A stretch of 64,000 nucleotides of DNA from Mollicutes bacterium. Its GTDB lineage: Bacteria > Bacillota_I > Bacilli_A > Izemoplasmatales > Izemoplasmataceae. The stretch is from assembly GCA_003554735.1 (NCBI GenBank), contig PWHE01000103.1, forward strand, positions 3,262 through 67,261, written 5' to 3'. This document shows positions 43,054 to 52,163 of the stretch, one piece after another. A program made the translations under genes and the position numbers. Below the pieces are notes generated by a model, which worked only from the letters and a program-made list of their open reading frames with translations, was not told where the DNA came from and searched no databases. The first letter of the stretch is position 1; each line of letters starts with the position of its first letter.

Positions 43054-44835
43054 TTATTCGCCGTTGTCGCCGTTTTCTTCTTCACCGTTTGCATCGGGAT
43101 CGAACGCTTCGGCGTCTTCCATAGAAGCGAATCGTTCATTGGTCAGGGTATGGAGATAGACGTCGTCTGAATCGTCCATAAGGATGTTGTCGGTTTCAAC
43201 GTCTTCTTCAACATACTCTTCCTCTTCGTCGTCATAAACCTCGATGGTTCCGTTGATGATGAAGTTGGCATAGCCCGAGTCTGTGAATGTGACCGGAATA
43301 TCGAGATAATACCAGTCATCTTCGCCTTCAAGTTCATTGAGTGCCATGCCTGGCCAACCGCCAAGGAAATCATTATATGGATACCCATCCGCGTCAGACC
43401 AGCTGTAAAGGTCCAGATTGTCCCAACCTTCAGGGTTGTAGACATAGTAACGCACAAGGTCGTCTTCGTCATGTGCGGCCCATACTTGAGCCATGTTATG
43501 GTTTTCATAGACCCCATCGACACTGAAAATCAGAGAATGGTCTTCATCATCGATGACAAACTCGTCTGATTCATTCCCATTTCCGTCGTGGAACTGTACG
43601 GTGAATGCACCATCCACTTCAAAATCGGTTGGAACAGTAAGCGCGTACCAGTCATCCATGTCATCCATCGGTTCAGCGGAAATATCGTCATCAATGGTTC
43701 CCTCATCGTTCCAAACGTCAACGTAGACGTTGTCCCACGCTTCTGCATTATAGAACTCCAGAACTGTTTGAGGAAGAATGTCCCCTCGTAAAGGATAAGC
43801 GTCAGCGTCTTCATCCATTGAAGTAGACATGAAAACATGATCCGAATCAGGTATTGCGATGTTTCCGGTTTGCGGCCCATCACCATTATCGGAGTTAAAA
43901 ATTACATTGACCTCTTCTTCATCAGGATCGACAGGAGCGTCCACGAAGTACCATCCTTCGTTATCCGGATCGGCTACAGCCGCAATGCCTGGCCACCCAC
44001 CGAGTGCTTCATTGTCGCCGAATATGTATGCTCCAATGTCATCCCATTCAGCTTCGTTGTAAAGGTGGAAACGTGTAACGGTCTCCGCTTCATTAAGCGC
44101 AATGGTAACATCTTGACTGTCCGTGATGTGTCCTTTGACGTTCATGTATTGCAGTGCGCTGCTTGAAACATGAGTATCCGGCGTCTGAGGAATCTCTGCA
44201 TCCTCATCGGATGTGTTGAAGATGATGTTGAACGGTTCTTCTTCAGGAATGTGAGGGACTTCGACTTTCAGCCATCCGTCTCCAACGTCTTCAAGATCAC
44301 CGGTTCCTGGCCATTCACCGAATGTCGTACTGGCATCCGTCCATACATAAGCGTTTACGGATTCCCAATCTTCTGAGTTGTAGAAGTAGATATCAACGGT
44401 TTCCGCAAACAGTTGTCGGACCTGACGTCTGGTCTGGTTTGCACTGCCGTCATATGCAACAAACACATCGTTCGGATGATTGATGAACGCGGTCTCCGCT
44501 TCATTTCCATCGCCATCATTGAACGTGATGTTGATTGGATTGCTGAGAACGTTCACTTCAATCTCAACATACCACCAATTGTATTGGTCTTGCTCTCCTT
44601 GGTCGGTTTCCGTCGCTTCAGTGCCTGGAGCGCTACCAAGAAGGTCTTCATCATCCGTGTATGCATACACGGTGTCCCAATCTTCGGAATTGTAGAACCA
44701 GACCGAAATGGTCTCTACATCACCATTTCCGTTGTCGTCACCATTGTCATCCGGCTCGTCCGTACCGCAAGCGGCCAAAGAGAAGCCCATGATTCCAACA
44801 AGTAGAAACATTAACAAATACTTAAATCTTTTCAT
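43054..44835 (-). CDS. very acidic lipoprotein made of five CBM25/CBM26-like (starch-binding type) modules, no catalytic domain
   Basis: Lipobox SLAAC. ATG 44835 follows AGGAGG. The module pattern is repeated five times: (V/I)xFYNxExWxxVxAY...GxWPG...(D/E)GWYxVxxP...xNxIFN(D/S)xxG. Confidence 0.75.
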   Translation of the reverse strand: MKRFKYLLMFLLVGIMGFSLAACGTDEPDDNGDDNGNGDVETISVWFYNSEDWDTVYAYTDDEDLLGSAPGTEATETDQGEQDQYNWWYVEIEVNVLSNPINITFNDGDGNEAETAFINHPNDVFVAYDGSANQTRRQVRQLFAETVDIYFYNSEDWESVNAYVWTDASTTFGEWPGTGDLEDVGDGWLKVEVPHIPEEEPFNIIFNTSDEDAEIPQTPDTHVSSSALQYMNVKGHITDSQDVTIALNEAETVTRFHLYNEAEWDDIGAYIFGDNEALGGWPGIAAVADPDNEGWYFVDAPVDPDEEEVNVIFNSDNGDGPQTGNIAIPDSDHVFMSTSMDEDADAYPLRGDILPQTVLEFYNAEAWDNVYVDVWNDEGTIDDDISAEPMDDMDDWYALTVPTDFEVDGAFTVQFHDGNGNESDEFVIDDEDHSLIFSVDGVYENHNMAQVWAAHDEDDLVRYYVYNPEGWDNLDLYSWSDADGYPYNDFLGGWPGMALNELEGEDDWYYLDIPVTFTDSGYANFIINGTIEVYDDEEEEYVEEDVETDNILMDDSDDVYLHTLTNERFASMEDAEAFDPDANGEEENGDNGE

Positions 44836-44955
44836 ATTTCCTCCTATATATTTATTATTATTTTTCAAAGTGTTGTGAACACTATGTAAACGATTTTTCA
44901 ATTTTTTATGCAAGATACGAGGCCTGACTTACAAATGAAGTACTGAAAATCAAAA

Positions 44956-44969
44956 TGTAAGCGTTTTTA
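44956..44969. promoter_or_regulatory. cre-like / LacI-family operator-like palindrome TGTAAGCGTTTTTA
   Basis: 13 of 14 matches to TGWAANCGNTNWCA, about 120 nt upstream of the CBM lipoprotein ATG. A looser copy, TGTAAACGATTTTTCA, lies at 44885-44900. Confidence 0.35.
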
Positions 44970-45275
44970 TTATGGCGAAAAGGACTTCCTCCTTTCTTCG
45001 AAATGAGGTTGACATGCAACAAACTTATGGACCAAATGATGTTTAAAAAAGCTGAAAACTGCTTTATATAGGGCTTTGAAATCGAAGGTCCAAAATGTTG
45101 CGGTCAAATCAATTCAATATTAATGATACCTTTTTTTAAACATATTTTCAAGCTGTAAAATCATTTGTTTCATAAAATAGTAAAGGTTTTCACGTCTTTT
45201 CATGTCAAATTATTGTATGAAATCTAAATTATTTGGATTTCATGCACATCAAAGGTCCGTGGACCGTGTGGAACC

Positions 45276-45308
45276 AAAAAGCTCCGACCTTATTCAAAAG
45301 GGCGGAGC
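45276..45308 (-). terminator. intrinsic terminator of the aldo/keto reductase gene
   Basis: On the minus strand, GCTCCG...CGGAGC is followed by TTTTT. Confidence 0.5.
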
Positions 45309-45316
45309 ATATCGTG

Positions 45317-46138
45317 TTATCTAAGATCATCGTCAATGTCATCGAGTCGCTTCATCTCATCATCGGTCAAAGTGAACTCGAGTCGGGCGTTTTCATCCAT
45401 TCGACTCGGTGTTTTCGTTTTTGGCAGTGGAAGCGTCCCTTTTTGAAGGCAATATCTGAGTGCGACTTGCGCGGGCGTTACGTTATGGGTTTTTCCGATT
45501 TCGGTGAGAACCGGTTTGTCAAGCAGGCGTCCCACGCCAAGTGGTGAGTAAGCTTCCACAAGAATGTCATGTTTCTTGCAGTATTCCACGATGTCATCCT
45601 TTGTGTTGCCCACAAAGAAGCGGATCTGGTTGACCATTGGTTTGATTTCCGCATGCTCCATCAGGTTTTTCATGTCATGGACACGGAAATTCGATATGCC
45701 GATGGCGCGTATGCGGCCTTCCTTGTAGAGTTTCTCGAGTGCGCGCCACACTTCGATGTTTTCTTTGTCATAGTTTCCTTCACGGTCGTGCATGGGGGTG
45801 GGACCGTGTATCAAGTAAAGATCAAGATAATCAAATCCGAGTTTTTCCATCGTCGTTTCGAATGCTTCTAACGTGCCTTCATACGTTTTGATGCTGGAGA
45901 GGACTTTTGAAGTGATGAAAATGTCCTCGCGGTCGACATCGGACTTTTCGATGGCTTTCCCCACGCTTTCTTCATTGTCATAAAGGGCGGCCGTGTCAAG
46001 ATGACGGTAGCCTTTCTTGATGGCGGTCTCAAAAATTTCGACCGCATCGGGTCCGTCAAAAATCTGCCAGGTACCATACCCGATTTTGGGAATTCTTACT
46101 CCATTGTTCAGTTTGAAATACTCATTCAATAGACTCAT
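45317..46138 (-). CDS. aldo/keto reductase (2,5-diketo-D-gluconate reductase-like)
   Basis: LNNGVRIPKIGYGTWQ, HLDTAALYDNE, LDYLDLYLIHGP, IGISNF. Confidence 0.92.
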   Translation of the reverse strand: MSLLNEYFKLNNGVRIPKIGYGTWQIFDGPDAVEIFETAIKKGYRHLDTAALYDNEESVGKAIEKSDVDREDIFITSKVLSSIKTYEGTLEAFETTMEKLGFDYLDLYLIHGPTPMHDREGNYDKENIEVWRALEKLYKEGRIRAIGISNFRVHDMKNLMEHAEIKPMVNQIRFFVGNTKDDIVEYCKKHDILVEAYSPLGVGRLLDKPVLTEIGKTHNVTPAQVALRYCLQKGTLPLPKTKTPSRMDENARLEFTLTDDEMKRLDDIDDDLR

Positions 46139-46292
46139 GATTATCCCTCCATTTCACTTAGAATTATAACACAATTGAACATTCGTTTACAGCCGGGGGA
46201 TTTTCAGTGTGTTAATATTGGGTGGGTGACATGAACCAAAAACGCTTTCAAAATCAAGCGGATGTGCTATAATATTATGGAGAAAGTGGGGA

Positions 46293-47312
46293 ATGTTCAT
46301 GAACCGGAATGTTAAACGCATAAAAGATGAATACGGTTTGGATCCGCTTAAGGACGTTTTTTTCAAACACGATCACCATGTGAGCTTTTTCATCGATTAT
46401 TCGGAAGAGATGTGGACCATCAGGGTATTGTCAGGAGATCCAACCTTGCTTGGTTTGCCGAAGAAGAACATTATGGAAGCAAAGGAAATTGCGGCCTGCA
46501 TCGAGACGGATAACGCTTTGTCCGAAGTCGAAGGAAGGGAAATGTTTCTGAGTGATCTCAAAGATAAAATCCTATCCATGACGGATGACCTCCAGGTTCA
46601 CGTCCCAATCAAAAGGGATAGCGACACATCGCTTTGGCTTTTGATTGGGATGCAGACGATTCCTGGAAAAGACCTCGTATTCGGACGGGTCATCAAGACC
46701 TATGATACCGTCCCGAAATCCATCCTTCATTACCAGTTCACATATCAGGATTCGTTGACGAGTCTTTTCACGCGTCAAACGTTGAAAAAACACATCGATT
46801 ATATGGAGGATGAGACAACGGGTGCATACGGGTTCTACCTGGATCTTGATCATTTCAAGCAGATCAACGATCGTTTCGGTCATCAAACGGGTGATCTTTT
46901 CCTTAAAGATTTGGCTAGTCAATTCATCGATAACTGGGAGCATAATGTCCTTTACTACAGACTCGGTGGAGACGAGTTTTTTGTCTATGTCTATGACTAT
47001 ACGGAAGAAGAGGCCTTCAACAAGGCTGAACAAATCATCAAGACGATCGAAAGCCTCGCGTATGAACGTCTCGGGATGTTCGTGAGCGCCTCCATCGGGA
47101 TTGTTCCGATCACTGCCGATAACCGCTCTTATCACACGTTGCTTGATCAGTCGGATAAAGCGATGTACATCTCCAAAAAGCGCGGCAACGGCAATGTGAG
47201 CCTCCTTTCAGGGAATGCGATCAAACATCGTGACGAGGAAGGCAGACTCGTAACATCTGAAAACCACACCATTCAAAGCAGAAAGAAGGCTAACGATGAA
47301 AGTGTATATTAG
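46293..47312 (+). CDS. GGDEF-domain diguanylate cyclase with an uncharacterised N-terminal sensor region
   Basis: DSLTSLFTRQTL, DLDHFKQINDRFGHQTGD, RLGGDEFFVY. Confidence 0.85.
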   Translation: MFMNRNVKRIKDEYGLDPLKDVFFKHDHHVSFFIDYSEEMWTIRVLSGDPTLLGLPKKNIMEAKEIAACIETDNALSEVEGREMFLSDLKDKILSMTDDLQVHVPIKRDSDTSLWLLIGMQTIPGKDLVFGRVIKTYDTVPKSILHYQFTYQDSLTSLFTRQTLKKHIDYMEDETTGAYGFYLDLDHFKQINDRFGHQTGDLFLKDLASQFIDNWEHNVLYYRLGGDEFFVYVYDYTEEEAFNKAEQIIKTIESLAYERLGMFVSASIGIVPITADNRSYHTLLDQSDKAMYISKKRGNGNVSLLSGNAIKHRDEEGRLVTSENHTIQSRKKANDESVY

Positions 47313-48105
47313 TGCGGACATGGAGGGCATATGGGGGATCACCCAGCCTGATATGGTCCGTAAAGGCACCTCCGAATACGAGCGCGGGCGTAAACTGATG
47401 ACTGACGAAGTCAACCTTGTCATCGAATATCTGTTCGAACACGGCGCGGAAGAGATACTGGTCAATGATTCGCACGGACCGATGACGAACATACTGATCG
47501 AATCATTGGACAACCGCGCATCTTTGATCAGCGGGTCTGTGAAACCGCATGCCATGATGGAAGGCCTCGACGCGAGTTTTGACGGCGTGGTCCTTATCGG
47601 TTATCACCCTCGTGCCATCACCGAAAAAGGGATTTTCGACCACACATATTCAGGGAAACTGTTCCGTAATATCGCCATCAACGGACAGTCGCTGGGCGAA
47701 GGTGGGTTGAACGCACGACTCGCGGCGTATTATGACGTTCCTGTCCTGCTTGTAAGTGGGGATGACGTCTTTTGTGAGCAGATGAAACAGGAAATCGGAA
47801 CCGTGCAGTCGGTCGCGACCAAACGCACCATCTCACGTTTCACCGCCCGGAACATTCCCTATTCGCTCCTCAGGACCCGTTATCAAAACGCCATATCAAA
47901 AGCCCTGGACAATCCGCCCGTTCATGCTGGGATTGACATGAAAGGCTCCTTCGTCTGTGAGATGGCATTCAAGGATGCCCTCAACATCGAGAATCCGCTT
48001 TTGATGGATTTTGTTAAAAAAGTGTCCGACGATACGGTCTCCATCGAATCGGCCGACTATGAGACCTTGTTCAGACATATGCTCGCCATCATGAAAATCG
48101 CGTGA
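47296..48105 (+). CDS. dppA: M55 family D-aminopeptidase (DppA-like)
   Basis: MKVYISADMEGIWGIT and VNDSHGPM. It overlaps the GGDEF gene by 17 nt. Confidence 0.85.
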   Translation: MKVYISADMEGIWGITQPDMVRKGTSEYERGRKLMTDEVNLVIEYLFEHGAEEILVNDSHGPMTNILIESLDNRASLISGSVKPHAMMEGLDASFDGVVLIGYHPRAITEKGIFDHTYSGKLFRNIAINGQSLGEGGLNARLAAYYDVPVLLVSGDDVFCEQMKQEIGTVQSVATKRTISRFTARNIPYSLLRTRYQNAISKALDNPPVHAGIDMKGSFVCEMAFKDALNIENPLLMDFVKKVSDDTVSIESADYETLFRHMLAIMKIA

Positions 48106-48146
48106 AACCAATTTGCACGCATGATTCAAAAGGAGCTGTTTAGGAA

Positions 48147-49082
48147 ATGATCAATGAAACTCCGATCCATGAACTCAATGAAACCCTCAATGACAATCGC
48201 TTCTACATCAAGCGAGAAGATATGATTCCCTATTCGTTCGGCGGCAACAAATACCGAAAAGCGGTCCATTATTTTAACAAGATCATCGAAGAAGGCTATG
48301 ACACCGTCATCACAACCGGAGGAAGCTCATCGAATCATTGCCGGATCATCGCCAACATGGCCAAGGAATTCGACATCGAGTGTCATGTTCTCTTCACCTC
48401 GACGGATGAATCCAAAGCCTTCAACCGTCAAATGATCGCATCGTTTGACACCGTCATCCACCAGACCACCAAGGATGATCTGGATGTCACGGTCGAGGCG
48501 CTTCAAAAAAACCTTGCCGAAAAGGGCAACAAGGCACTCTTCATCCCCTCGGGCGGTCATGGCCTTTTGGGGACGAAAGCCTACCATGAAGCGTATGAGG
48601 AAATCATGGCACAGGCCAAAGCCAACAATGTGCACTTCGATTACATCTTTTTTGCCAGCGGCACCGGTACGACGGAAGCCGGGCTCAGGGCGGGGAGACT
48701 GCTTGGTGGTGAAGCCGTTTTGATTTATGCCATCAGTGTGGTAAGATCCTACGATGAGGGCGCGCCAATCATCCAACAAAGCGTCAACCGCTACTTTGAA
48801 GCCATCGACGCAGACGTCCGTATCCACAAACCCGATATCCACTTCATTGACCGCTACTTGAAAGGCGGCTACACCTATTACGATGAAGAAATCGAATCGC
48901 TCATCGACCACGTCATGAAAACAGAAGGTATCCCGTTGGACCCTGTCTACACCGCTAAAGCCTATAACGGCATGCTGAAAACGGTGAAAAAAGAAAAAAT
49001 CAAAAACAAGAACATCCTTTTCATTCACACCGGCGGCACGCCAATCTACTTCGACTACCTGAGAACCATCAGCAAAAAATAG
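48147..49082 (+). CDS. PLP-dependent D-cysteine desulfhydrase / ACC deaminase family protein
   Basis: YSFGGNKYRKAVHYF (PLP Lys), TTGGSSSNHCR, FASGTGTTEAG. Confidence 0.8.
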   Translation: MINETPIHELNETLNDNRFYIKREDMIPYSFGGNKYRKAVHYFNKIIEEGYDTVITTGGSSSNHCRIIANMAKEFDIECHVLFTSTDESKAFNRQMIASFDTVIHQTTKDDLDVTVEALQKNLAEKGNKALFIPSGGHGLLGTKAYHEAYEEIMAQAKANNVHFDYIFFASGTGTTEAGLRAGRLLGGEAVLIYAISVVRSYDEGAPIIQQSVNRYFEAIDADVRIHKPDIHFIDRYLKGGYTYYDEEIESLIDHVMKTEGIPLDPVYTAKAYNGMLKTVKKEKIKNKNILFIHTGGTPIYFDYLRTISKK

Positions 49083-49124
49083 CAAAAACCTTTGCAAAAA
49101 CCAAAACATGTGATATAGTATTTT

Positions 49125-49390
49125 TAAATCGTTGAATGGAAAAAGTAGAACGCTTTGCATTGTAAAGAGACTTCGTGGTCGGTGAAAACGAAGAATGCAC
49201 CCGTTTGAAATGGTTCCATGAGAGCAATCCTGAATAAAGTATGGATTGACGTCCGCCTACGTTATAAGGCTAAGGATATGATGGTATCCGGAGAACGCAT
49301 GGGCTGACCATGCGTAAAATCAGAGGTGGCACCGCGTCAGATAACGACGCCCTCTGCGCAAAGAATCTTTGCGCAGAGGGCTTTTTTTTA
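49125..49390 (+). promoter_or_regulatory. T-box leader (probable Trp specifier UGG) with terminator
   Basis: Stem I elements AGTAGAA, AAGAGA and GGTGAAA. Candidate specifier GAAATGGT (UGG at 49211-49213). T-box AATCAGAGGTGGCACCGCG at 49318-49336. Terminator GCCCTCTGCGCAAAG/TTTGCGCAGAGGGC plus T8 at 49349-49389. The promoter is TTGCAA-16-TATAGT at 49092-49119. Confidence 0.85.
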
Positions 49391-49474
49391 TATCATAAAG
49401 GAGTTGGTCGCTATGACTTGAACACACCGGGGACGTGATAAGGGATAACAAAAAAACTCAAAGGAGAGAAAACT

Positions 49475-50662
49475 ATGCAAACCGTTGACAACACAGCACA
49501 ATATGGACAATTCGGAGGCGCGTATGTGCCTGAGGCCCTGCAAGCGGCGTTGAAAGAAGTCGAAGAGACATTTGAACGCTACAAGGACGACGAAGCCTTT
49601 CTTCGGGAATACAACTACTATTTGAAACAATATGTCGGAAGAGAAAATCCGCTTTTCCATGCGGAAAGACTTTCAAACGCACTGGGTGGGGCCCAAATCT
49701 TTTTGAAACGCGAAGACTTGAATCACACGGGTGCCCACAAGATTAACAACACCATTGGCCAGATACTCCTGGCGAAAAAAATGGGGAAAAAACGCATCAT
49801 CGCCGAGACCGGTGCGGGCCAACACGGTGTGGCCACCGCGACCGCCGCGGCATTGTTCGGCATGGAATGCGTCATCTATCAGGGAGAACTTGACACGGAG
49901 CGTCAACGTCTCAATGTTTTCAGGATGGAGCTTCTCGGCGCGAAGGTGGTATCCGTCAAGGACGGGACGCGAACCCTAAAGGATGCCGTGGATGCGGCCA
50001 TCGGCGCTTGGATCGAAAACATTGACGACACGTTCTATCTTCTGGGGAGCGCTGTGGGACCGCACCCCTATCCATCCATGGTCCGCCATTTCCAGTCCGT
50101 AATCGGGAAAGAAGCCAAAAAGCAGATTCTTGAACATACAGGAAATCTTCCGGATTGCTTGATCGCCTGTGTCGGCGGCGGCAGCAACGCGATCGGCCTT
50201 TTCAGCGCATTTTTGGATGATGATGTCGAGATCATCGGGGTGGAAGCGGCCGGCGAGGGCGTTTCAGGCAAACGGCACGCCGCCACCCTTACCAAGGGCA
50301 AAGAAGGCGTGATTCATGGCATGAAAACGATCTCGCTCTTTGAACCGGACGGTTCCGTATCGGATGTCTATTCCATATCGGCGGGGCTTGATTATCCCGG
50401 TGTGGGCCCCGAGCACGCCCATTTGCACAAGACGGGGCGTGTCACCTATCGTGCCGCCACCGATAAAGAGGCCATCGATGCCTTCACGAAACTCTCTAGG
50501 CTCGAAGGCATCATCCCCGCCATTGAAAGTGCGCACGCCATCGCTGAAGCGATGCGTCTCGCCCCCACAATGAGCCCGGACAAGACCATCATCGTCAATC
50601 TCTCAGGACGTGGGGACAAAGATGTCGAAACCGTAGAGGCCTACCTCAAAAACACCAAGTAG
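49475..50662 (+). CDS. trpB: tryptophan synthase beta chain (no adjacent trpA)
   Basis: [21 protein letters not shown] (PLP Lys), [21 protein letters not shown]. Confidence 0.95.
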   Translation: MQTVDNTAQYGQFGGAYVPEALQAALKEVEETFERYKDDEAFLREYNYYLKQYVGRENPLFHAERLSNALGGAQIFLKREDLNHTGAHKINNTIGQILLAKKMGKKRIIAETGAGQHGVATATAAALFGMECVIYQGELDTERQRLNVFRMELLGAKVVSVKDGTRTLKDAVDAAIGAWIENIDDTFYLLGSAVGPHPYPSMVRHFQSVIGKEAKKQILEHTGNLPDCLIACVGGGSNAIGLFSAFLDDDVEIIGVEAAGEGVSGKRHAATLTKGKEGVIHGMKTISLFEPDGSVSDVYSISAGLDYPGVGPEHAHLHKTGRVTYRAATDKEAIDAFTKLSRLEGIIPAIESAHAIAEAMRLAPTMSPDKTIIVNLSGRGDKDVETVEAYLKNTK

Positions 50663-50691
50663 TGTTTTATCATACCCAAGAGGTGATGGTC

Positions 50692-51143
50692 ATGACTGAA
50701 ACGACCATACAGGCAGGAACACTCGAAAGAGGGAAAAAAAATCCCATCTCGTATGTTAAAGGGTTGCGGACGCCTTCATTTCACACATGTTTGAAACAAT
50801 CCTGAAATCGGCAGAAAGCCCCCACGGCTTCAAAGCCGGCATCGGTTATTCGTCAAGCAATATTCGCCTAGCAGAAGCGCGCTTTCAATCGGTGTGTTCC
50901 TGGACGCCATTCTCCATGACAACACAAAAAGAATCTGGTCTTAAAACGGCGTCCTCATTGACGGAGATGCCTTTCAAAAAATCATTCGTCTAAATAATTA
51001 AAGAGAGGCTTTCGGCCGTCTTTCAAGCGCGCGTTGAAGTCTCTGAGAAAGCGGTTTTTAGCGCCTTACACATAAAAGACTGTAACGGAAACGTTCGCGA
51101 GGCGCTGCGTGATGCTATGAATGATGAAAACACCCGTGTGTAA
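50692..51143 (+). pseudogene. decayed coding region: ORF fragments in three frames with internal stops
   Basis: An RBS plus ATG at 50692 gives only 37 codons, across an A8 run (50734-50741). Coding-like continuations appear in the other frames (…ADAFISHMFETILKSAESPHGFKAGIGYSSSN…; …GVFLDAILHDNTKRIWS*NGVLIDGDAFQKIIRLNN*; …EAFGRLSSARVEVSEKAVFSALHIKDCNGNVREALRDAM…) without canonical starts. Confidence 0.3.
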
Positions 51144-51174
51144 CTCAGTGATACAAGAACCTTAACAAATCATG

Positions 51175-51200
51175 AAAAAAGCCGCTCTGCGGCTTTTTTT
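51175..51200 (+). terminator. intrinsic terminator
   Basis: GCCGC-tct-GCGGC flanked by A6 and T7. Confidence 0.7.
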
Positions 51201-51288
51201 GAAGCGTTTCAAGGGGTTCCACAGACTTTTTGGGCGCACCGGGAAGGCGTGTTATCATATAAGTAGAAAAATCGAAGGAGGCGATACC

Positions 51289-51801
51289 ATGAAACGTATT
51301 CTTTTGAGCTTTGTGTTCCTGTTGATCGGGATTGTGGCTATCGGTTGCGAGGTTGAAGACCCTGAAGACGTTGAAACGTTATCCTATCCGGAAGAAGAGA
51401 CGTTTTTCCGTCTCCGTACGAATGTGACCGATTTTGAAGCGGACCGTCCACTTGAACTTGTAACCATCACTTCGGTGGACGAGTTGAACGACTATCGTGA
51501 TGAAGCGGCCGCATACTATGACCTTGACTTCGGTGATCCGTCATTCAATGACGCGGTAGACAGCTACGATGAAGCCTATTTTGAAGACAACGTGCTGTTC
51601 TTGGTCCCTGTAGAGGAAACCAGCGGTTCGGTCATGCACTACATTCAGTCCGTAACGCTCGTTGACGACGAAGTGGTTATCGAAATCCTCAGAAATCAGC
51701 CGAATATCGGAACCACGGACATGGCCGCCTGGCACATCTTTGTTCCGGTAGACATCACCGAAAATGAATTCGATGAGGCGAGAGTCGAGTTCAACCAATA
51801 A
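51289..51801 (+). CDS. acidic lipoprotein of unknown function
   Basis: MKRILLSFVFLLIGIVAIGC lipobox. ATG 51289 follows GAAGGAGG. The upstream part of the ORF spans the terminator, so it is not coding. Confidence 0.7.
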   Translation: MKRILLSFVFLLIGIVAIGCEVEDPEDVETLSYPEEETFFRLRTNVTDFEADRPLELVTITSVDELNDYRDEAAAYYDLDFGDPSFNDAVDSYDEAYFEDNVLFLVPVEETSGSVMHYIQSVTLVDDEVVIEILRNQPNIGTTDMAAWHIFVPVDITENEFDEARVEFNQ

Positions 51802-51822
51802 AAAAAGCACCGAAGTGCTTTC
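51801..51822. terminator. short bidirectional hairpin
   Basis: AAGCAC-cgaa-GTGCTT flanked by an A-run and TTT. It lies between convergent genes. Confidence 0.45.
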
Positions 51823-52096
51823 AGCGTTTGCTTTGGTAGAACTTGATGCTCTCAGACACCGCGACCATACTGATCAGCCAGATGAAATAAAGCGCGAAGA
51901 CATTGAGAATCGTACCGCTGAACAAAACCAGCAAAGATAAAATGAGCGCGACAATCAACATGATCGCTACGGTGACGTGCTCGTCTTGTGAACCACCGGA
52001 AATGTAAATGCCCGCACCGATACCAAAAGCGAGTTGGACAACCGCCAAAAAGTAAAATAACATAAGGGTCCCTCCTGCAAAATCATTCAATCCCAT
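51821..52096 (-). CDS. small three-TM membrane protein
   Basis: 91-aa hydrophobic ORF. Confidence 0.5.
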   Translation of the reverse strand: MGLNDFAGGTLMLFYFLAVVQLAFGIGAGIYISGGSQDEHVTVAIMLIVALILSLLVLFSGTILNVFALYFIWLISMVAVSESIKFYQSKR

Positions 52097-52131
52097 TATA
52101 CACCAAAAAGCTCGATTTGTAATATCGATTC

Positions 52132-52160
52132 AAAAAAGATGCCTGGAAAACCAGGCATCT
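52132..52160 (-). terminator. intrinsic terminator of the FMN reductase gene
   Basis: AGATGCCTGG-aaaa-CCAGGCATCT with T6 on the minus strand. Confidence 0.8.
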
Positions 52161-52163
52161 TTG

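Noticed and set aside
42931-43170. 79-aa plus-strand ORF.
   Set aside because: It spans the terminator and the 3' end of the minus-strand CBM lipoprotein gene. It has no RBS.
45233-45547. 104-aa plus-strand ORF.
   Set aside because: It overlaps the terminator and is antisense to the aldo/keto reductase 3' end. It is a shadow ORF.
48327-49160. 277-aa minus-strand ORF.
   Set aside because: It is antisense to the well-supported PLP enzyme gene and runs into the T-box promoter region. It has no RBS or motifs.
51172-51288. N-terminal extension of the lipoprotein ORF (MKKAALRLFLKRF...).
   Set aside because: The extension is encoded by the terminator hairpin at 51175-51200. A strong RBS and lipoprotein signal peptide start at 51289.
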